The notes under the pieces are model-generated. The model did not search any database, had not been told where the DNA came from, and saw only the letters and a program-made list of their open reading frames with translations. Of a DNA stretch of 63,955 nt, positions 54,799 through 63,955 are shown piece by piece (position 1 is the first letter of the stretch; every line of letters begins with the position of its first letter). The stretch is from Actinomycetota bacterium (lineage in GTDB: Bacteria; Actinomycetota; UBA4738; HRBIN12): the NCBI GenBank assembly GCA_044865955.1, contig JBIOTM010000152.1:1-63955 (forward strand), in the 5' to 3' direction. A program made the position numbers and the translations under genes.

Positions 54799-55530
54799 CT
54801 ACGACCGAACGCGCGTGAGCAGCCCGTCGAGCGCGGTGTTGAACTCCTCCGGCGCCTCGAGGTTGGACAGGTGCCCGGCGCCGTCGATGCGGACGAGCTC
54901 CGCGTCGGGCACGCCGCCGGCGATGCCGGCGGTCACGTCCGGAGGGATCAAGCGGTCGCCGGTGCCGGTGATCACGAGGGTCGGGACGTCGATCCCCGGG
55001 AGATCCGGCACGGAGTCCGGGCGCTCGGCCATGCCGAGCGACGCCGCCGCGATCGCGGTCGGCGCCTGATCGCCGATGAACCCCTTCACCCGGTCCCACA
55101 GCTCGCCGGGCGCACCGTCCGACAGGAGCGGCGGCGGCTCCTCGACGAGGAACGCATGGCCCTCGCTCAGGAGGCGATCGGCCAGCGCGCGCCGCGCGGC
55201 CGCGCCCTCGGGGGCGTCCGGCTCGGCCCGGGTGTTCGCCAGCACCAGGCCGGCGACGCGCGGCCGCGCGGCCCTCCACAGCTCGAACGCCACGTAGCCA
55301 CCGATCGAGAGCCCGCACACGACCGCGGTGTCCAGGTTGGCCTCGTCCAGCGCATCGACGCAGCGCTCGGCGGCCGCCGCCATCGTGAGGACCTCGGGGC
55401 CGTCCGTCCCGCCGAAGCCGGGTAGATGGGGCGCCGAGACGGGCAGCTGTCCCTCGAACACCCCCAGCTGCGGCTCCCACATGCGGGCGTCGACGGGCCA
55501 GGCGTGGATCAGGAGGAGACCGGTGGGCAC
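54799..55530 (-). CDS. Alpha/beta-fold hydrolase
   Basis: GTG at 55530. LLLIHAWP, nucleophile elbow GLSIGGY and C-terminal GAGHLSNLE. Confidence 0.8.
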   Translation of the reverse strand: MPTGLLLIHAWPVDARMWEPQLGVFEGQLPVSAPHLPGFGGTDGPEVLTMAAAAERCVDALDEANLDTAVVCGLSIGGYVAFELWRAARPRVAGLVLANTRAEPDAPEGAAARRALADRLLSEGHAFLVEEPPPLLSDGAPGELWDRVKGFIGDQAPTAIAAASLGMAERPDSVPDLPGIDVPTLVITGTGDRLIPPDVTAGIAGGVPDAELVRIDGAGHLSNLEAPEEFNTALDGLLTRVRS

Positions 55531-55534
55531 CCGC

Positions 55535-56449
55535 TCACCGTACGCCCGTGGCCCCTGGACCGACCACCACGGGCAGGGCAGCCCGCAGGACCTGGAAGAT
55601 CGCGGGCAGGGGCCCGACGAGCTCCCCGTCCGCATAGACCAGCATCCGGCGGTTCGCTTCCATCTGGACCCGTTCCCCGGTGAGCATCAGGACCTTCGGG
55701 TGCGACGTGTGCGAGCCGCGGAACACCCGTGGGAAGGCGCGCAGGAACGCCGGCTTGGAGAGCGCCTCGACGATGCAGACGTTCAGGATGCCGTCGTTCA
55801 TCAACGCATCCGGCAGGACGCGCATCCCACCGCCGTACGAGACGCCGCTCCCGACGATCGCCAGCATCGCGTCGAGCTCGAGCCGCTCCTGGTCGACCTG
55901 GATCGCGTAGCTCGCCGGTGAGAACTTCGAGAGGGTCTTCAGGAGCGCCGCGACGTAGGTCCCCGCGCCACCGAGCTTGAACGTCATCGCGTTCGCGGTC
56001 TCGTTCACTTCCGAATCGAACCCGGCGCCTGCGATGTTCACGAAGTGTCTCGTGGTCGCGCCCGTAGTCACCTCGACCACGTCGAGGTCGAGGGTCTTCG
56101 GGTTCGCCAGGAGCTCGATGGCGCGAGCCAGCTTCCCGGCGCCGATCGCCCTCGCGAAGTCGTCACCCGTCCCGGACGGCAGCACCGCCAGCGCCGCGCC
56201 CGTCCCGAGGATGCCGTTCGCCGCCAGCGACGCGGTGCCGTCGCCGCCGAGTGCCGCGACGATCCGCGCGCCGTCCTCGGCCGCGGTCCTGGCGATCCGT
56301 TCGAGGTCGCTCGCGGACTCGGAGACCCGGATCTCGTGGGCGACGCGGAGCCGATGGAGCCCCGTCGTGACCTTGCCGATCACCTTGCCCGCTTTCCCCC
56401 GTCCCGCCGCTGGGTTCGCCACCACGACGAGGTCGGCGGGCTCGGTCAT
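55535..56449 (-). CDS. Diacylglycerol-kinase-family lipid kinase (YegS/LCB5-like)
   Basis: VVVANPAAGRGKA, VAALGGDGTASLAANG and LPSGTGDDFARA. Confidence 0.85.
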   Translation of the reverse strand: MTEPADLVVVANPAAGRGKAGKVIGKVTTGLHRLRVAHEIRVSESASDLERIARTAAEDGARIVAALGGDGTASLAANGILGTGAALAVLPSGTGDDFARAIGAGKLARAIELLANPKTLDLDVVEVTTGATTRHFVNIAGAGFDSEVNETANAMTFKLGGAGTYVAALLKTLSKFSPASYAIQVDQERLELDAMLAIVGSGVSYGGGMRVLPDALMNDGILNVCIVEALSKPAFLRAFPRVFRGSHTSHPKVLMLTGERVQMEANRRMLVYADGELVGPLPAIFQVLRAALPVVVGPGATGVR

Positions 56450-56453
56450 CGAC

Positions 56454-57167
56454 CTAGGACCCGGGAAGCCCGGGGGCGCTGAAGATCCCCGCGGCGGAGA
56501 GCGCCTCCAGCTGATGGGTCTCGAAGCGCGTGAGCGCGTCGTCCGCCGCCGACAGGAGGTCCCGGGCGCGGGCGACGGCCGTGGCCCTCGGCTGCCCGTC
56601 GAGCCCGGACGCCAGCACCCCGACCAGCGCGGCCTGCCGATAGAGGCTCAGCGCGGTGACCAGCTCGTCGCGCGCCGAGAGGAACCGCAGCACGGCCTCC
56701 CCGTCGAACCCCTTGCTCCGGAGGGTGCCCGTGAGGTCGAACGCCCCGATGGCGTCGGTCGCGTCCTTTGCGTCGGCACCGGCCGTCCGGAGGGTCGAGA
56801 CGGCGTCCTTCGGCGTCCCCTTCCCGAGCAGGGAGACGATCTGGCGCACCTGTGGAAGGACGACGGGAGGTGACCCCGGCTGGATCGTGCCGATCGCGCC
56901 GACCTCCTTCTCCACCAGGTTCTGCCAAGCGGCGCCGGCCCGGCGCCTGGAGAGCGTCTGCTCCCGGTCGCGTTCGGTCCGCTGCTCCTCACGGAGGCCG
57001 TTCGTCAGCCAGATCCCGCCCCAGAACACCAGCAGACCGGCGAGGAAGGCGGCCACGACCTGGACGCCGCGCCGCCTGGCGAACGGGAGGGGAACCGGGA
57101 CCGGCCCGCGCCGCGGCGCGCGCACGGGCTGCTTCGCTCTCGTCCTCCCCTTGCCTTTGATGGCCAT
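56454..57167 (-). CDS. Hypothetical membrane-anchored protein
   Basis: Basic N-terminus, a single TM (VQVVAAFLAGLLVFWGGIWL), then a soluble Ala/Leu-rich domain. No motif recognised. Confidence 0.55.
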   Translation of the reverse strand: MAIKGKGRTRAKQPVRAPRRGPVPVPLPFARRRGVQVVAAFLAGLLVFWGGIWLTNGLREEQRTERDREQTLSRRRAGAAWQNLVEKEVGAIGTIQPGSPPVVLPQVRQIVSLLGKGTPKDAVSTLRTAGADAKDATDAIGAFDLTGTLRSKGFDGEAVLRFLSARDELVTALSLYRQAALVGVLASGLDGQPRATAVARARDLLSAADDALTRFETHQLEALSAAGIFSAPGLPGS

Positions 57168-57177
57168 GTCGTGTCCC

Positions 57178-57957
57178 TCAGCGTCTGACCAAACGGCTGA
57201 CGATGATAGCTCCCTCGTAGAACAGGTACAGCGGGATCAACAGCGCGAGCATCGAGATGGGATCGGGACTCGGCGTGATCACCGCCGAGAAGATCGAGAG
57301 ACCGAGGATCACCTGCCGCCGGTACCTGCGCATCGAGTCGCTCGAGATCACGCCCGCGGCGGAGAGGGAGATCAGCAGGATCGGGAACTCGAACCCCAGG
57401 CCGAAGGCCAGGATCGTGAAGATCACGAACCCCACGTACTTGTCCACGGTGAGCAGCGGGCTGACGAAGTCTCCGCCGACGCTCAGCAGGAAGGCCAGGG
57501 CCTTGGGAAGGGTCAGGTAGGCGGCCAGCGCGCCCAGCAGGAACAGGATCACCGAGAGCGCGACGAACGGGATCGCCCAGCGGCGCTCGCGTGCCGTCAG
57601 ACCCGGCACGATGAACGCCCAGAGCTGATAGAGGATCACGGGGAGGGCGACGACCAGCGCGAGGAACACGATCACCTTCACCGTGATCAGGAAGCCGTCG
57701 ATGGCCCCCAGGAACACCAGGGAGCACCCCTGATGGAACGGCGCCTTGTTCGGGTGCGAGGCGAGGAAGTCGCAGTACGGATCCCGGATCAGGCGCATCG
57801 CCGGCGCGTACAGGAAGAAGCCGACGACGGACCCGCCGACCAACGCCCAGATCGAGACGAGGAGGCGGTGGCGGAGCTCCCTGAGGTGCTCGACGAGCGA
57901 CATCGTCCCCGTTCGCTCCTCGGGGGTCTTGCGGCGCCACCGCGGTATCGCTTTCAC
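57178..57957 (-). CDS. tatC: Sec-independent protein translocase TatC
   Basis: SLVEHLRELRHRL, six TM helices and FGLGFEFPIL. GTG 57957 overlaps the upstream stop. An alternative ATG lies at 57903. Confidence 0.93.
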   Translation of the reverse strand: MKAIPRWRRKTPEERTGTMSLVEHLRELRHRLLVSIWALVGGSVVGFFLYAPAMRLIRDPYCDFLASHPNKAPFHQGCSLVFLGAIDGFLITVKVIVFLALVVALPVILYQLWAFIVPGLTARERRWAIPFVALSVILFLLGALAAYLTLPKALAFLLSVGGDFVSPLLTVDKYVGFVIFTILAFGLGFEFPILLISLSAAGVISSDSMRRYRRQVILGLSIFSAVITPSPDPISMLALLIPLYLFYEGAIIVSRLVRR

Positions 57958-58340
57958 GGCTGCGGGGGCGGGTCGCCGGTCGACGGGTCGGGCGGCGAGC
58001 CGTCGCGGTCGTCCGGCCCCGCCGGCGCGGGGGTGGCAGGCGGCGTCGCCCGCGGTCGACCGCTCTCGTCGGCGACCTCGCGCTCGACCTGTCGGAGCGC
58101 ACCCTTCACGTCGGTGGCTCGCTTCACCCTGCCCGACGCCTTCTTGAACTCGGCGGCCGCCTGCCGGACCTCGTCGTCGGCCCCCAGGGAGACCATGTCC
58201 CGGACCTCGTCCTGGACCTCCCGGAACTGGCGGAGGGCCCGACCGACCGAGCGGGCAAGCTCGGGCAGCCGCTCCGGCCCCACCACGACCAGCGCCACGG
58301 CGAGGACGACCAGGAGCTCGAGAGGTCCTACGTTGAGCAT
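57954..58340 (-). CDS. Sec-independent translocase TatA/TatB-family protein (TatB-like)
   Basis: ATG at 58340. LNVGPLELLVVLAVALVVVGPERLPELARSVGRALRQFR. Confidence 0.85.
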   Translation of the reverse strand: MLNVGPLELLVVLAVALVVVGPERLPELARSVGRALRQFREVQDEVRDMVSLGADDEVRQAAAEFKKASGRVKRATDVKGALRQVEREVADESGRPRATPPATPAPAGPDDRDGSPPDPSTGDPPPQP

Positions 58341-58371
58341 GGGGATCCGGGGACGTGTCCCGAAGGGGATT

Positions 58372-58617
58372 CTATCCGCGCGCCTTCCGACGGACGGGAC
58401 CACGTGGCGACGAGCGCCCGGAGAGGCCGGCCGCCGCGTCGGCGGTCCGCGCCGACGCGACGGCCACCTCCCCCGCGAGGGGGCCGAGCTCCTCCTGCAT
58501 CCGGGCGGCCGTGCGCCCCAGGAGGATCGCCTGGCGCACGAGGGAGATCAGCACGGCGAGCAGGGCGGCGGTCGTGCCCAGGCCGACGATCAGCCAGACG
58601 ACGAGCCACGGCTCCAT
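58372..58617 (-). CDS. Small membrane protein (DUF948-like architecture)
   Basis: N-terminal TM (WLVVWLIVGLGTTAALLAVLISLV) followed by a helical segment. No motif recognised. Confidence 0.45.
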   Translation of the reverse strand: MEPWLVVWLIVGLGTTAALLAVLISLVRQAILLGRTAARMQEELGPLAGEVAVASARTADAAAGLSGRSSPRGPVRRKARG

Positions 58618-58643
58618 GGGGGGATGCTAGTCGGAGGATGTGG

Positions 58644-59012
58644 CTACGACTCGTCGGAGCCCGCGAGGAACTCCCGCAGGTACCCGTCGTCCTCGAGGAG
58701 GAAATGGAACTCGATCACGTCGTCGATCGTGAAGGCCGGACCGGACGGCGCGTCTTCGAGCGGCTCGACCGGCTGCGCCGGCTCCTGGTCGAACAGGGTG
58801 TCGGTGGGGCTCCTCGGCTCGAGGTCCACGCCCGCGGAGACGAGCAGCGCGACGATCTTGCGGTCGGCCCGCTTCTCGACGGCGTCGTCGCACCGGGGGC
58901 AGGTGAAGCGGTAGCTCCCCTCTCGGCCGCTGGAGCGGACGGAGAGGGAGATCGCCTCGGGGCCCATGTCGACCTCGCCGCAGCGGGGGCACGTCGTCCG
59001 GATGGTGGTCAT
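58644..59012 (-). CDS. Small zinc-ribbon protein, hypothetical
   Basis: ATG at 59012. CPRCGE...(26 aa)...CPRCDD four-Cys pattern and an acidic C-terminus. Confidence 0.5.
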   Translation of the reverse strand: MTTIRTTCPRCGEVDMGPEAISLSVRSSGREGSYRFTCPRCDDAVEKRADRKIVALLVSAGVDLEPRSPTDTLFDQEPAQPVEPLEDAPSGPAFTIDDVIEFHFLLEDDGYLREFLAGSDES

Positions 59013-59085
59013 CTCACAGCAGCTATCGGCCCGCTCCGCGCGGGGCTTGAGGCTCGCGGTCGTTGTCGGGGCTAGCCTCGCCTGA

Positions 59086-60066
59086 CTAGGTCTTGTGGCC
59101 GTACCCGGCCAGGGTCTCGGCCGCGAGCCGGGCGACCTCGTCGCGGAGCTCCACGGGCTGCACCACCTCGGCATCGGCGCCCACCCGCAGCAGCAGGCGC
59201 GCCACCCAGCCGAGCTGCCGCGCCGGCAGCGTGACCTCGACACCCCCGCCGTCGCGCTCCTCGACGTCCGTGGTGGCGTAGTACTCCGCGATCCACCGTG
59301 CCCCCGGCTCGAGCCGCAGTCGGACCGCGACGTCATCTCCGGTCGGCGAGTACAGGTCGCGTCCCGCCCCCGCCAGGCCACGAGGCGCGAACGTCACGCC
59401 GGTCCGGGCCGCGTCGCGGATCCGGTCCACCCGGAAGAGCCGCTCGGCGTCCGCGTCCACGTCCCATGCGGCCACGTACCAGTGACCCATCCCGGAGAAC
59501 ACCTCCTCGGGATCGACCTCGCGTCGGCTCCATTCCCCGGTCGACGCAGCGAAGTATCCGATCTCGAGTCGCTCGTGGGCCCGCGATGCCTCCCGGAGCA
59601 GGTCGAGATGCTCCGGGGCGCCCTCATCGAGGGCCATCTCGATCCGGGCCTCGGCCTCGCCGAGCGTGTCGGGACCGAGCGTCTCGCGGAGCTTCTCGAG
59701 CGCGCGGGCGAGCGCGGGGGCTTGCGGGAGACCCGGCGTCGCGAGCAGCTCCGTGCCCCTGAGGTAGACGGCCAAGGCCTCGGTCCGGGTGAGGTGCAGG
59801 GGCCTCGAGAAATGATCCGCCATCGAGATCCAGATCCGGCCGTCCTCGTCGACGTCGACGTCGATGAGGTCTCCGGGCCCGTAGGGCGGCAATCCGGACA
59901 GGAAGAGGAGGTCGAGGTCGCGACGGAGGTCGGCGGCGGCGACGCCGAACGCCGCGGCGACCTCCTCCAGCTCCGCGCCGGGATGCTGGACCAGGTAGGG
60001 CACGATCGCCAGCATCCTGCCCAGACGCTCCGAGGTCTTCGGTGCGCCCCCTCGCCGCTCAGCCAC
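59086..60066 (-). CDS. pafC: WYL-domain transcriptional regulator PafC
   Basis: GTG 60066 overlaps the pafB end by 8 nt. HTH (SERLGRMLAIVPYLVQHPGAELEEVAAAFGV), a WYL region (HWYVAAWD) and a WCX-like tail. Sits beside pafB. Confidence 0.85.
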   Translation of the reverse strand: MAERRGGAPKTSERLGRMLAIVPYLVQHPGAELEEVAAAFGVAAADLRRDLDLLFLSGLPPYGPGDLIDVDVDEDGRIWISMADHFSRPLHLTRTEALAVYLRGTELLATPGLPQAPALARALEKLRETLGPDTLGEAEARIEMALDEGAPEHLDLLREASRAHERLEIGYFAASTGEWSRREVDPEEVFSGMGHWYVAAWDVDADAERLFRVDRIRDAARTGVTFAPRGLAGAGRDLYSPTGDDVAVRLRLEPGARWIAEYYATTDVEERDGGGVEVTLPARQLGWVARLLLRVGADAEVVQPVELRDEVARLAAETLAGYGHKT

Positions 60067-61021
60067 CGATCGCCTCCAACCTGGCCACCACGGCGTCCCG
60101 GAGCGAGGCGGGCGATCGGACGACGGCGTCCGGGCCGTACTCGAGGAGCATGGCGGCGAGCGCGTCCTCGTCGGCCATCGGGATCTCCGTGACGGCCCAG
60201 CCCTCTGGGGTGGTGCCGACCTGTTCCGCTCCGGGGAACGACGACACGGCGAACCACGCCCTGTCGGGAGAGAAGAGCACGGTCGCCCGGTCGTCGCCCG
60301 TCGCCACCCACGGGCCCGCCTGCACGTGGTCGGCCGCCCGGAAGTCCTCGGGGGGGGCGGAGCCGTCCCCGGCGTCCGAGAGCTCGCCGACGATCCTGGA
60401 GAGGCGGAAGGCCCTGACGTCGTCGCGCCCGCGGTCGTGGCCGACCAGGTACCAGTGGCCTGCCCGGAAGACCATCGCCCACGCGTCGACCTCCCGCTCG
60501 CCGATCCTGCCCTGCGAGGTCCGGTAGGCGAAGCGGACCCGCCGGAGCCCCTGCGCGGCCTCCGCCGCGGCCTGCACGAGGTTGCTCCGGGCGTCGGAAC
60601 CGGAGGCCAGCGGACCACCCACGAGCCCCGCGAGCACCCCTCCGTCGGCGCCGTAGAGCAGCTTGCGGGCGCCTCGTTCGGCCGCCGGGTCCTGGCCGCC
60701 GCTCTGCGCCGCCACCAGCAGCGCACCGAGCTCCTCCGGCTCGAACTCGATCTCGGGCAGGTAGTACTTCTCCTTGGGGATCACGTACCCTTGCTCCGTT
60801 CCCCAGACGTCGACGTCGACGAGCTCGAGGGGGACCCCGAACTCGCGGAGCACGTCCTTGTCCCGTTCGAACATCCGCTTCGCGCTCTCGGGATTGCTCT
60901 GCCCGTAGGGCTCCAGGACCGCGCGGATCCGCTCGAACGTGAGGGGTGTGGGCGTCTCCAGGAGGAGTCCGACGAGGTTCAGCAGGCGCTCGAGCGGTTC
61001 CGCGCGGTCGCCCTCCCCCAT
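60059..61021 (-). CDS. pafB: WYL-domain transcriptional regulator PafB
   Basis: ATG 61021. LERLLNLVGLLLETPTPLTFERIR, and RFAYRT..G.....VDAWAMVFRAGHWYLVGHD. Confidence 0.85.
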   Translation of the reverse strand: MGEGDRAEPLERLLNLVGLLLETPTPLTFERIRAVLEPYGQSNPESAKRMFERDKDVLREFGVPLELVDVDVWGTEQGYVIPKEKYYLPEIEFEPEELGALLVAAQSGGQDPAAERGARKLLYGADGGVLAGLVGGPLASGSDARSNLVQAAAEAAQGLRRVRFAYRTSQGRIGEREVDAWAMVFRAGHWYLVGHDRGRDDVRAFRLSRIVGELSDAGDGSAPPEDFRAADHVQAGPWVATGDDRATVLFSPDRAWFAVSSFPGAEQVGTTPEGWAVTEIPMADEDALAAMLLEYGPDAVVRSPASLRDAVVARLEAIGG

Positions 61022-61067
61022 CGTTGCGGCATCATATCGGCGCCGTGCTACCCGATCGGAACGCCGG

Positions 61068-62162
61068 ATGATCCGTCTGCGCCGGGGTATCGTGCGCGCG
61101 GTGACCGATGTTCGCGCCGGCGCCCAGGAGCTCGAGGTCGAGATCGAAGGGGTCAGCGCGGCCGCCATCGCGTACCCCGACCTCTGCGGGGAAGTGGCAG
61201 CGGGCGACGCGGTGATCCTCAACGCGACCGCGGTCGAGCTGGGTCTGGGCACGGGCGGCGTGCACTTCGTCGTCGCGGTCGAGGGTCGAGGATCCGAGGG
61301 AGCGGGTCCGGCCGGGCACGTGATGAAGGTCCGGTACACGCCGGTGCAGACCGCGGTGGCGAGCGTGGAGGAGCGTCACGGAGACGTGCTGGAGGGGTCG
61401 GCGGGGCTGCGGCAGGCCCCGGTCGTGTGCGCGCCGCTCCACTCGATGATCGCCCCGGTCTCTGCGGGGGCGAAACGCGCCGCCGACGCGCGGGTGATCT
61501 ACGTCATGACCGACGGGGCGGCGCTCGCGGGCGGCTTCTCCCGCCTGGTGCCCCGGCTCCGCGAGACCGGTCTCCTCGACGGCTGGCTGACGTGCGGGCA
61601 AGCGTTCGGCGGGGAGCTGGAGGCAGCCACGCTCTGGACAGGTCTCCTCGCCGCGCGGGAACTGCTGGGTGCGGAGGTCATCGTGGTGGCGGACGGTCCG
61701 GGGAACCTCGGCACCGACACGACCTGGGGGGTGAGCGCCCTGTCCAGCGGCCACGCGCTGATGGCGGCCAGGACCCTGGGTGGCCGTCCCGTCCCGGCGC
61801 TGCGCGTGAGCTTCGCCGACGGACGGGAGCGGCACCGCGGCGTGTCGCATCATTCCCTGACGATCCTCGCCGACGTCTGCCGGGTCGACGTCGACGTGCC
61901 GGTCCCCGCGCTCCGCGACGACGACCAGCGTACCGCGGTGTGGGACGCGCTCCGCGCCCGGAGGCTCGAGGAGACCCATCACCTCGTCGAGGTGGACGGA
62001 ACCCCGGCGCTCGACGAGCTCGCCGCGAGGGGGGTCGAGGTCACGACCATGGGTCGGAGCGTCGCCGACGATCCGGCGTTCTTCGAGGCGGCCGGCTCGG
62101 CCGGGGTCCTCGCCGGCCGCATGGCCGCCGAGAATCGCCGGTGGCAGGGACCCCGCGCTTGA
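61068..62162 (+). CDS. DUF3866-family protein
   Basis: ATG 61068. RRGIV.....R.GAQELEVEI.G....AIAYP.L.G.....D.V.LN.TAVELGLGTGG.HFV is the recognisable family N-terminus. Confidence 0.7.
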   Translation: MIRLRRGIVRAVTDVRAGAQELEVEIEGVSAAAIAYPDLCGEVAAGDAVILNATAVELGLGTGGVHFVVAVEGRGSEGAGPAGHVMKVRYTPVQTAVASVEERHGDVLEGSAGLRQAPVVCAPLHSMIAPVSAGAKRAADARVIYVMTDGAALAGGFSRLVPRLRETGLLDGWLTCGQAFGGELEAATLWTGLLAARELLGAEVIVVADGPGNLGTDTTWGVSALSSGHALMAARTLGGRPVPALRVSFADGRERHRGVSHHSLTILADVCRVDVDVPVPALRDDDQRTAVWDALRARRLEETHHLVEVDGTPALDELAARGVEVTTMGRSVADDPAFFEAAGSAGVLAGRMAAENRRWQGPRA

Positions 62163-62187
62163 CGCTGCGCTCTCTCCGAGCGGATGC

Positions 62188-62499
62188 CTACGCCGGCCCG
62201 CTCGAGCCCGGCGCGTTCAACATACCCCTGGCGATGTCCGCGTGCGGCGTCCGCACCACGACCTCGTAGGTGTGGTCGCCCGCAAGGCGGACCCAGGCGG
62301 AGATGTGGTTGCGTCGGAGGAACCTGACCGCCCGTTCCGTGTGCCTCCGGTTCCCCATCGCCACGCGTTGCCATCGACCCCGGCCCCCTCGGATGACGAG
62401 TTGGGTGATCCCCTCCCCCAGGAATTCGGGGAGCCAGATGGTCGCCAGGTCGCCCAACGCGTCCAGCACGGCTACGAAGGATACGGCCGACCGTGGCAC
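62188..62499 (-). CDS. Hypothetical protein (103 aa) immediately downstream of pafA
   Basis: GTG start 44 nt after the pafA stop. No motif recognised. The opposite-strand ORF looks like a shadow. Confidence 0.4.
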   Translation of the reverse strand: MPRSAVSFVAVLDALGDLATIWLPEFLGEGITQLVIRGGRGRWQRVAMGNRRHTERAVRFLRRNHISAWVRLAGDHTYEVVVRTPHADIARGMLNAPGSSGPA

Positions 62500-62542
62500 C
62501 GAAGGCGGTCGCTCAGGCGGTCGTCCTCGGAGGCACGCGGCG

Positions 62543-63910
62543 TCACATGTGCGCGATCAGCTGCTCCACCCGCTCGTCGACCGACTTGAACGGGTCCTTG
62601 CAGAGCACGGTCCGCTGCGCCTGGTCGTTGAGCTTGAGGTGGACCCAGTCCACGGTGTAGTCGCGTCGCTTCGCCTTCGCCTGGCGGATGAAGTCGCCGC
62701 GGAGCTTCGCTCGCGTCGTCTGCGGCGGCTCGCGCATCGCCTTCGAGATCTGCGGTTCCACCGCGACGCGATCGACGTTCGCGGCCTTCTCCAGCAGGTA
62801 ATAGAGGCCCCGGCCGCGGTTCACGTCGTGGTACGTGAGGTCGAGGAGGGCGACCTTGGGCGACGCGAGGGAGAGATCGTGTTTCGCCATGTAGCGGTCG
62901 ATCAGGAGGCGCTTGGTGACCCAATCCACCTTGCGGCCCAACCGTTCCGGATCACCTTCGGACATGGCGTCGAGTGCCTCGCCCCACTCGTAGAGCAGGA
63001 GCTTGGAGGTGTCGTCCGTCCCCCGTCGCTCGAGGAACCGAGATGTCTTCTCGAAGTACTCCTGTTGGATCTCGATCGCCGAAAGCTCGCGGCCGTTCGC
63101 GAGCTTCACGCGCCGCGTGCCGGTGGTGTCATGGCTGATCTCCCGGATCGCGCGGATGGGGTTCTCCAGGGTGAGGTCGCGCATCACCGTGTTGCTCTCG
63201 ACCATCCGCAGGACCAGGTCCGTGATGCCCACCTTCATGAACGACGTCCACTCGCTCATGTTCGAGTCGCCGACGATCACGTGCAGTCGCCGGAACCGTT
63301 CGGCGTCCGCGTGCGGCTCGTCGCGCGTGTTGATGATCGGGCGGGACCGGGTCGTCGCGGACGAGACCCCCTCCCAGATGTGCTCGGCGCGCTGCGAGAT
63401 GCAGTACTGGGCACCGCGGGGGCCGTGCAGCACCTTCCCTGCGCCGCACCAGATCTGGCGGGTGACGAAGAACGGGATCAGGACGTCGGCCATGCGGGCG
63501 AACTCCCCGTGCCGCGCCACGAGGTAGTTCTCGTGGCACCCGTACGAGTTGCCCGCGGAGTCGGTGTTGTTCTTGAACAGATAGATGTCGCCGGAGATGC
63601 CCTCCTCGTGCAGCCGGTGCTCGGCCGCCGACAGCAGCCCCTCGAGGATCCGCTCCCCCGCCTTGTCGTGGGCGACCAGCTGGGTGAGCGAGTCGCACTC
63701 CGCGGTGGCGTACTCCGGGTGCGAGCCGACGTCGAGGTAGAGGCGCGAGCCGTTGCGCAGGAAGACGTTGGACGACCGCCCCCACGACACGACCCGGCGG
63801 AACAGGTAGCGGGCCACCTCGTCGGGCGAGAGTCGCCGCTGGCCGTGGAAGGTGCAGGTGACACCGAACTCGGTCTCGACCCCGTAAATCCTCCGCTGCA
63901 TGCGCACCAC
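62543..63910 (-). CDS. pafA: Pup--protein ligase PafA
   Basis: [43 protein letters not shown] and [12 protein letters not shown] second in-frame ATG lies at 63901. Confidence 0.95.
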   Translation of the reverse strand: MVRMQRRIYGVETEFGVTCTFHGQRRLSPDEVARYLFRRVVSWGRSSNVFLRNGSRLYLDVGSHPEYATAECDSLTQLVAHDKAGERILEGLLSAAEHRLHEEGISGDIYLFKNNTDSAGNSYGCHENYLVARHGEFARMADVLIPFFVTRQIWCGAGKVLHGPRGAQYCISQRAEHIWEGVSSATTRSRPIINTRDEPHADAERFRRLHVIVGDSNMSEWTSFMKVGITDLVLRMVESNTVMRDLTLENPIRAIREISHDTTGTRRVKLANGRELSAIEIQQEYFEKTSRFLERRGTDDTSKLLLYEWGEALDAMSEGDPERLGRKVDWVTKRLLIDRYMAKHDLSLASPKVALLDLTYHDVNRGRGLYYLLEKAANVDRVAVEPQISKAMREPPQTTRAKLRGDFIRQAKAKRRDYTVDWVHLKLNDQAQRTVLCKDPFKSVDERVEQLIAHM

Positions 63911-63955
63911 CCTAAGCGTTCGAGGGGCCCTGTGATGCCCCGCGAACGGCCGGGT

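Noticed and set aside
61022-61067. PafBC-dependent RecA-NDp promoter motif (TGTCRGTG-N8-TAnnnT) in the pafB / DUF3866 divergent region
   Set aside because: Reading both strands by eye found no match with correct spacing, only an AT-richer catcatat stretch. It is left as something to test with a matrix search.

Overview
Very GC-rich, gene-dense chromosomal segment of actinobacterial type. No homology search was run. All product calls come from reading motifs in the supplied translations, and coordinates come from hand-checked start and stop codons.

Most of the window is housekeeping genes arranged in blocks that mirror mycobacterial and corynebacterial core synteny:
- recN-steA-steB-(GT2, MraY-like)-pyrG-nudix-ald-xerD
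- dksA-like-deoB-deoA
- trpS-scpA-scpB-rluB-aroH-tyrA-aroA-cmk-der
- tRNA-Pro-pgsA-gcvH-FHA-MerR-(DD-carboxypeptidase, hpt)-BFN nuclease-MerR-gcvPA-gcvPB
- ppm1 (Lnt::Ppm fusion)-DUF4193
- cysS
- helY-...-tatC-tatA/B-pafC-pafB ... pafA

Many neighbouring genes overlap by 4 nt (GTGA or ATGA), which implies long translationally coupled operons. Long arginine/proline/glycine-rich ORFs on the opposite strand or in overlapping frames are GC-driven shadows and are not reported as genes.

Non-core content worth a second look:
1. A minimal reverse-transcriptase-domain ORF is translationally coupled to an Amidohydro_3-type hydrolase and is divergent from an Lrp regulator. A 10-bp x4 tandem repeat, bracketed by a CCTCCTCC/GGAGGAGG inverted repeat, sits in its 5' end.
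2. Two paralogous DUF11-repeat surface proteins (1057 and 690 aa) share an unusual C-terminal TPFTGSD + TM + RRRR sorting-signal-like tail. One of them contains a recent 330-bp in-frame tandem duplication.
3. A roughly 2.6-kb AT-richer decayed integrative element lies between a 41-nt copy of the tRNA-Pro 5' half and the intact tRNA-Pro(GGG). It carries an integrase pseudogene.
4. A divergent FtsH-like AAA metalloprotease has a Gly/Met-rich insertion.
5. A 14-bp tandem duplication creates two identical 5-codon uORFs chained onto the start of a diiron desaturase-like gene.

No rRNA, CRISPR array or intact transposon was seen.
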